DNA of 64,000 nt from Bacteroidota bacterium (GTDB lineage: Bacteria > Bacteroidota > Bacteroidia > Cytophagales > Cyclobacteriaceae), in NCBI GenBank assembly GCA_016178785.1, contig JACOSO010000026.1, forward strand, positions 145,648 to 209,647, given 5' to 3'. Position numbers and translations under genes: made by a program. The notes under the pieces are model-generated. The model was not told where the DNA came from and searched no databases. It saw only the letters and a program-made list of their open reading frames with translations. Positions 58,521-64,000 of this stretch are shown piece after piece (position 1 is the stretch's first letter; each line of letters begins with the position of its first letter).

Positions 58521-61144
58521 AAAAACAACTACCACCCCATCTAGCTAATAAACTATTTGAATGGTATTGCAGTAATACTGCGATCGAAGACTTACTAGGA
58601 GATGCTGAAGAATTGTTTTACCAGGATATCAAACGCATGCCTGCCTGGCGGGCGAAAGCGAATTACTGGAAATATATCCTTGCATTACTTTTTTCATACT
58701 CAGTAAAAAGAAGAAAGCAAAAATCAGCTTATCATCATTTTTCAACTACAACATTTCAACCCAGTATGCTAAAAAACTATTTCATCGTTGCTACTCGCAA
58801 TATCGTAAAGCATAAATTTTTTTCAATCATCAACGTGATCGGGCTTGCCATCGGGATGTCGATCAGCTTGTTGCTAATCGCGATGCTCTCGTTTCTCTGG
58901 ACATATGACAATTTTCATGTTAACAAAGACAGAATCTATCGAGTGATTACAAATGCTGATGATAAACAGACCAATCGTGAATTTGCATCTACGCCCTCCG
59001 TTCTTGCTGACAAACTTCAGAACGACATAACCGGGATCGAAAAAGTAGTTAGAGTTAATTCAAGCCTCTCTGTAAACGTTGTGAAGGGTAACAATGAAAT
59101 CCCTATTCAGGGTTACTTTGTTGATCCCGATTTTCTCGAAGTATTTACTTTTCCGTTAATCAAAGGCAATCGTAATGCTGCACTCAACAAGCAGAATAGC
59201 ATTTTAGTCACAGCCAAGACTGCAGAAAAATTATTTGGTCAGACTGACCCGGTAGGAAAAACAATTGAGCTAAAAGGAATCGGCCCTGTCGAAATTTCAG
59301 GATTGCTGCAAAATCCCCCTAAAAATTCGCACATGCAGTTTGAGGTACTTGCGCCTTATCAAATGATTGAAACCATCGAACGAAACGATCGCAACCAAAT
59401 ATTGAACAATGAGTGGGAGTATAGAAATTCATACGTGTATTTGCTTCTCACAGAAAAACCGAATGTCAATAAAATCGAAAAATTCCTAAATGATATTCCC
59501 AAACAAGTTTACTCCCTAAAAGAAAATTTTTCAGCCACATTTGAGCTCCAGTCATTATTGAGTATTGCGCCTGGCCGTGAATTGTATGATCAGATCGGCC
59601 CTGACTGGGGTTATGCTTCACTTAGCATTTTTATTATCCTCACATTACTCATTTTGCTTCCAGCCTGTTTCAACTACGCGAATATTTCGATTTCGCGCGC
59701 GTTAAATCGAATGAAAGAAATCGGACTTCGAAAGACAATGGGTAGCCAGCAACATCAAATATTTAACCAGTTCATTATAGAGACAGTTTTAATCACTTTA
59801 ATCGCGCTTGGCCTTTCCTATTACATTTTCATGATCGTGCGCGGAGAGTTTCTTTCAATGCTTGTCAGCTCCGATGGTCTTGAATTGACTCCTGATCTTC
59901 GCACCATTGCCGGCTTTATACTTTTTGCATTGCTAGTGGGCCTTATCGCTGGAGTTATTCCCGCTATTTATTTTTCAAAGCTCAATCCGATACAAGCATT
60001 GAAGAACAAATCCGTTGGAAGGGGCTTTGCTAAATTCAATTTAAGGAAGGCACTTATCGTAACGCAATTTGCTTTATCGCTCGGTTTTATCATGGGCGTT
60101 GTGATTGTATTTAGTCAATACCGGTACACACTCAATTACGATTTCGGTTTCGCTAAAGAAAATATGCTGGACGTTGAGCTCCAGGGGGCCAACCCTCGAT
60201 TTGTTAAAAATGAATTTGCCAACCTTTCTGCTGTTCAATCAATTTCAATGTCCTCGCACATTCTTGGTGCGTCCTCGCCTGATGGCACAAGGGTAAAGGA
60301 TTTCAATGGAGACTCCGTAGAAGTTGAACAGTTTTTCGTGGACCACGAATACATTCAGAACATGCATCTATCGGTACTTGAAGGGAAAACTTTTTCAGAC
60401 GATAGTCTTGCCAAGAAATGCGTGATTGTGAACGAGGAATTTTTGAAATCCTTCAAACTCGCTAGTCCAAGTGAAGCTCTTGGCCAGGTTTTTACAGCTG
60501 ATGGCGAAGAGCTAACGGTGATTGGCGTAGTCAAAAATTTTAACTACACTGACTTGCGTGAACCAATCAGAAGTTTCTTTTTCCGCTACGATCCTTCAAA
60601 ATTTCAATATGCAAATATTAAAGTAGCATCCAATGACATGATTTCCTCTCTAACTGACATGGAGTTGTCTTGGAAAAAAATTGAAAGCGAGAAAAAGTTC
60701 ACGGCTCGGTTTTTTGACGATGAGATTGAGAACGCTTACTCCTTCTATTTTGCAGCAATCAAGATTTGTGGATTTCTTGGGTTTCTTGCAATTTCCATTT
60801 CATGTCTCGGATTACTGGGGATGGTGGTCTTTACCGTGGAGAACCGGATGAAAGAAGTTGGCGTGCGGAAAGTGATGGGCGCTTCTGTGTGGAGTATTAC
60901 AATGGCTCTGTCAAAAGATTTTGTCAAACTCATGATCATTGCCGCATTGATTGCCATCCCTTTGGCTTATCTCTTTTTCGACAAGCACTATTTACAAACA
61001 CAGCAATATTATCATATTAACATCGGGCCATTTGAAATTATAGCAAGTTTGTTGGTCATGCTTCTCCTTGGTCTGGCTACGATACTTTCACAGACAGTCA
61101 AAGCAGCGAGAGCTAATCCGGTGGATACGCTGCGATATGAATAG
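58517..61144 (+). CDS. FtsX-family ABC transporter permease (MacB-like, tandem FtsX/DUF214 domains) with PadR-associated N-terminal region
   Basis: 875 aa with two groups of 4 TM helices separated by large extracytoplasmic domains, FtsX-like C-terminal motifs, N-terminal permease-prefix domain. Translationally coupled to padR (ATGA overlap). Confidence 0.8.
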   Translation: MKKQLPPHLANKLFEWYCSNTAIEDLLGDAEELFYQDIKRMPAWRAKANYWKYILALLFSYSVKRRKQKSAYHHFSTTTFQPSMLKNYFIVATRNIVKHKFFSIINVIGLAIGMSISLLLIAMLSFLWTYDNFHVNKDRIYRVITNADDKQTNREFASTPSVLADKLQNDITGIEKVVRVNSSLSVNVVKGNNEIPIQGYFVDPDFLEVFTFPLIKGNRNAALNKQNSILVTAKTAEKLFGQTDPVGKTIELKGIGPVEISGLLQNPPKNSHMQFEVLAPYQMIETIERNDRNQILNNEWEYRNSYVYLLLTEKPNVNKIEKFLNDIPKQVYSLKENFSATFELQSLLSIAPGRELYDQIGPDWGYASLSIFIILTLLILLPACFNYANISISRALNRMKEIGLRKTMGSQQHQIFNQFIIETVLITLIALGLSYYIFMIVRGEFLSMLVSSDGLELTPDLRTIAGFILFALLVGLIAGVIPAIYFSKLNPIQALKNKSVGRGFAKFNLRKALIVTQFALSLGFIMGVVIVFSQYRYTLNYDFGFAKENMLDVELQGANPRFVKNEFANLSAVQSISMSSHILGASSPDGTRVKDFNGDSVEVEQFFVDHEYIQNMHLSVLEGKTFSDDSLAKKCVIVNEEFLKSFKLASPSEALGQVFTADGEELTVIGVVKNFNYTDLREPIRSFFFRYDPSKFQYANIKVASNDMISSLTDMELSWKKIESEKKFTARFFDDEIENAYSFYFAAIKICGFLGFLAISISCLGLLGMVVFTVENRMKEVGVRKVMGASVWSITMALSKDFVKLMIIAALIAIPLAYLFFDKHYLQTQQYYHINIGPFEIIASLLVMLLLGLATILSQTVKAARANPVDTLRYE

Positions 61145-61154
61145 AATGATTTGG

Positions 61155-63563
61155 TTAAGAGCCTGAAATGACTTTGAATGATCTTCGAATCGTTTCCCCG
61201 TTTTCATCAACTAAAGTTAGAATGTGATTTCCTGCAGAGGGTGATAACGCCATGCGATGCAGCTTACTCGTGCTTCCTACATAGTCTCCATCAATGTGCC
61301 AGTAAACTGTTATTGAAGGATTGCGGTGGACCGCTTCAAAAATAGTTTGACCCGATTCTCCATTGAGTTCGCGTGGCACATATACTTTTGCATTCAGTTT
61401 GGGATAAATTAAATCCATCAGGGCAACTGATGACGGATTTTCACAATCTCTGCGAAAAGGTGGCAAGGGTTTGTAACTGATGTTTCGGGTTTTGAAATAA
61501 TATTCCTGAACCGGAGGGAGCACAAACCAACTCACTGTTTTAATTTTAGAAACAGGCACGCACTCACTATGCACTCTGAATTTCTGGTCGGGTGATAAAT
61601 GAATCCGTTGATGATACCGACACGGTAAAGTTTGCAGGCCCGCATGTGCTACTTCTATTGTGCCTGTCGATTCGCAAAGAGATGTTGCAAGAAAACCACT
61701 CTTTGAACAAACTGCCGCTTTCGTCATCTCCGATTTAGGATTGCTGAACCACACATTGTTCCCCGGAAGGGACGAAAAAATGTCGAACATCAACGGAGCT
61801 GCTGTTTCGGTTCCCGTAAGTCCCGGCCTTCCTTCACCATCTGCATTGCCAACCCAAACCCCCACAGCGTAGTCGGGATTCACTCCTACGGCCCATCCAT
61901 CGCGAAAACCAAAACTCGTTCCTGTCTTCCATGCAATTCGTCTTGCGTTATTAAAATATTTCCAGCCCGACTCTTCTCCCGGTCGATATACTTCAAGCAG
62001 CGCATCGAAAGTAAGGTAGATTGAACTTGCACTTAGAAAGGAATTTTCTTCAAACTCTTGACGGGCTGCTGAATCACTTGCAACAACGCGCGCGCGATGA
62101 AAATCTCTTTTATTGTATTTATTTTTTCCCGGGTGTTCAAAATAATTTTCAAGCGTGCGGGCCATGGAGGCATACATGCTCGTAATATCAAACAATGTTC
62201 CCTCAGCACCTCCCAACACCAACGAAAGTCCGTAGTGGTCGGCCGGGTGCTTGAATTGGGTAAACCCAATATTTTTTAAAAGCTCATAAAATTTTTCATA
62301 GCGATAATCGCGTAGTTCATGCACTGCCGGTACATTCAACGACCGAATTAAAGCCTGATCTGCAGCAACAGCTCCATCATATTCTTTTGAGAAGTTTTTG
62401 GGCGAATACCCGTTGATGATCACGGGCACGTCTGGTATCAATGTATGCTGAAGCATTTTGCCTTCGTTCAGCATGGCGGCAAACAGAAATGGCTTTAAAA
62501 TACTTCCTGTGCTTCTGGGTGCATTCACAACATCAACCTGTTCATTATTTTCCCTGCCCGATTCGGTATTCCCAATGTAAGCAAGCACGTTGCCTGTCTT
62601 CACAGAAATCACGATTGCAGCAGCATTAAAAATCTGGTTGCCTTTCAATTGCTGATGGTGGTCATGAACAATTTGCCTCGTGCGTTGCTGCAATGCAATG
62701 TCAAGTGTGGTGATGATTTTTTGATTTGCTTTCCCCTCTGAAATAAATCTAGTGAGCAAGTGTGGAGCGATTTTCGGAAGACGCAAAGGGCTTTCTGGCA
62801 CCGGTTCTGATTTTGCAAGATCCAAAGCAAGGGCATCAATCTTCCCGGCTTTTTGAAGGCGCTCTAGCAAGCGATCGCGTTTCTCTTTTAGTCTCTCGCG
62901 ATTCTTTCCCAAATGAATCAGTGAAGGATTGTTTGGCAACACCGCGAGCAGTGCAGCCTCCGCCCAACTCAGTTGTTCCGGACTTCTTCCAAAAAATCGC
63001 CAGCATGCAGCTTCAATCCCTACCACGTTTCCACCGAATGGTGCGTGAGATGAGTACAATCCCAAAATCTGTTCTTTTGAGTATCGTAACTCAAGTCTTG
63101 TTGCAAGAATGATCTCGATGATTTTTTCAAGATAGGTTCTCGATTTATTCTTTCGTGACAGCCGAATGACTTGCATAGAAATCGTACTACCTCCGCTAAC
63201 AATCTTTCCGGAAGAAATATTTTGCCTGATTGCACGGCCCAATGACATCGGATCAATTCCCGGATGATAAAAAAATCGTTTGTCTTCAAAGAGAACAACA
63301 GCATCTCTGAACTTATCAGGAATTTTTACTCCTTCAGGAAAACGCCACTGGCCATCGGATGCAATCGCAGCGCTCAGCAAGTTCTCATGTCTGTCTTCAA
63401 GTACGGTTGAGTACGGATCTTCGAAAAGCGAAGCGGGGAGAGAAAAATAATAAATCGCTAAAACAAGAATGAAAGAAGCAGTGATCTTAGGATGACTTAC
63501 AATTTTCTTCTTTAACCAAAGAAAACTTGCCTTCAACTTTCCAACTTCTTCCATTCCCGTCAA
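61155..63563 (-). CDS. pbpC: penicillin-binding protein 1C (transglycosylase/transpeptidase)
   Basis: GT51 motifs (FEDKRFFYHPGIDP, GGSTISMQV), transpeptidase SxxK (STGSILKPF), extended C-terminal domain. 802 aa. Confidence 0.85.
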   Translation of the reverse strand: MTGMEEVGKLKASFLWLKKKIVSHPKITASFILVLAIYYFSLPASLFEDPYSTVLEDRHENLLSAAIASDGQWRFPEGVKIPDKFRDAVVLFEDKRFFYHPGIDPMSLGRAIRQNISSGKIVSGGSTISMQVIRLSRKNKSRTYLEKIIEIILATRLELRYSKEQILGLYSSHAPFGGNVVGIEAACWRFFGRSPEQLSWAEAALLAVLPNNPSLIHLGKNRERLKEKRDRLLERLQKAGKIDALALDLAKSEPVPESPLRLPKIAPHLLTRFISEGKANQKIITTLDIALQQRTRQIVHDHHQQLKGNQIFNAAAIVISVKTGNVLAYIGNTESGRENNEQVDVVNAPRSTGSILKPFLFAAMLNEGKMLQHTLIPDVPVIINGYSPKNFSKEYDGAVAADQALIRSLNVPAVHELRDYRYEKFYELLKNIGFTQFKHPADHYGLSLVLGGAEGTLFDITSMYASMARTLENYFEHPGKNKYNKRDFHRARVVASDSAARQEFEENSFLSASSIYLTFDALLEVYRPGEESGWKYFNNARRIAWKTGTSFGFRDGWAVGVNPDYAVGVWVGNADGEGRPGLTGTETAAPLMFDIFSSLPGNNVWFSNPKSEMTKAAVCSKSGFLATSLCESTGTIEVAHAGLQTLPCRYHQRIHLSPDQKFRVHSECVPVSKIKTVSWFVLPPVQEYYFKTRNISYKPLPPFRRDCENPSSVALMDLIYPKLNAKVYVPRELNGESGQTIFEAVHRNPSITVYWHIDGDYVGSTSKLHRMALSPSAGNHILTLVDENGETIRRSFKVISGS

Positions 63564-63583
63564 ATCATTTTATTTCCAAAAAT

Positions 63584-64000
63584 TTACGGTGTCAGCTTCT
63601 TAACCACTTCTACTACCTGACCTTTTATGCGGGCATAGATGCTGTGGTCATACATTGCTTCACAACTTACTGCCGGCAAATAATAAGAGCCAGCATAACT
63701 CGCTGTCAATAAAACTTTAAATGTTTTGGTTTGATTGGCACCGAGATCAAAGTAAGTATAAACCCGATCGTCTCGAATATCCTGGTACGTTGGCTTGTCT
63801 CCACTCAGTCGTTCTTCCGTTCCCTCCAATCTCAGGTTGTTGATTTCCCAACCCGAAGGGAAAATCTGGTTGATCGCAAGATTTTTATAATTACCTCGCA
63901 CACCTGGGTTACGAACTGTTACCGATGCAACGAATTCTTTTCCTTGCTCCAGTTGTGATGGATCAATTGCGTTTCCATCGGTATCCTGGTAGTTGATTGT
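63584..64000 (-). CDS. alpha-2-macroglobulin family protein, 3'-terminal fragment (gene continues beyond window end)
   Basis: Reading frame stays open to position 64000 on the minus strand. C-terminal receptor-binding-like sequence. Genomic linkage of an A2M gene immediately upstream of pbpC is a known conserved pairing. Confidence 0.55.
   Translation of the reverse strand, partial: TINYQDTDGNAIDPSQLEQGKEFVASVTVRNPGVRGNYKNLAINQIFPSGWEINNLRLEGTEERLSGDKPTYQDIRDDRVYTYFDLGANQTKTFKVLLTASYAGSYYLPAVSCEAMYDHSIYARIKGQVVEVVKKLTP

Noticed and set aside
1-64000. Searched for CRISPR arrays, integrases/transposases, phage structural genes and rRNA
   Set aside because: No regularly spaced direct repeats with unique spacers, no recombinase or transposase-like ORFs, and no rRNA-like conserved stretches were seen.

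Overview
This 64-kb window looks like a Bacteroidetes chromosome (Cytophagia/Sphingobacteriia-like, judging by gene content, signal peptides and ATGA gene overlaps). Most of it is ordinary core genome. Identified genes include clpX-clpP-tig, a tRNA-Leu, relA/spoT, thrC, murF, murI, tgt, lptF/G, ispE, fabI, purF, lpxB, hldD, a GT9 heptosyltransferase and pbpC followed by a partial alpha-2-macroglobulin gene. There are also several orphan TPR or PAS sensor histidine kinases. I saw no CRISPR array, integrase, transposase or prophage. The material that is accessory or worth a second look is: (1) the 3' end of an RHS/YD-repeat polymorphic toxin whose C-terminal toxin domain is an M23 (LytM-type) peptidase, with an overlapping downstream lipoprotein that I infer is the immunity protein; (2) a small convergent gene with a restriction-endonuclease-like fold (Mrr_cat type) whose promoter region is a near-perfect 2 x 146 bp tandem direct repeat that also duplicates the last codons of hldD; (3) a RelE/ParE-type toxin-antitoxin pair between clpP and tig; (4) a family of short palindromic REP-like intergenic repeats at two loci; (5) two tandem paralogous secreted proteins of unknown function, one carrying a Tyr/Pro/Asn-rich low-complexity segment, preceded by a long imperfect palindrome; (6) a PadR regulator with a translationally coupled FtsX-type permease and a small membrane ORF upstream. 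All functional calls rest on motif and family recognition by eye. No database searches were run.
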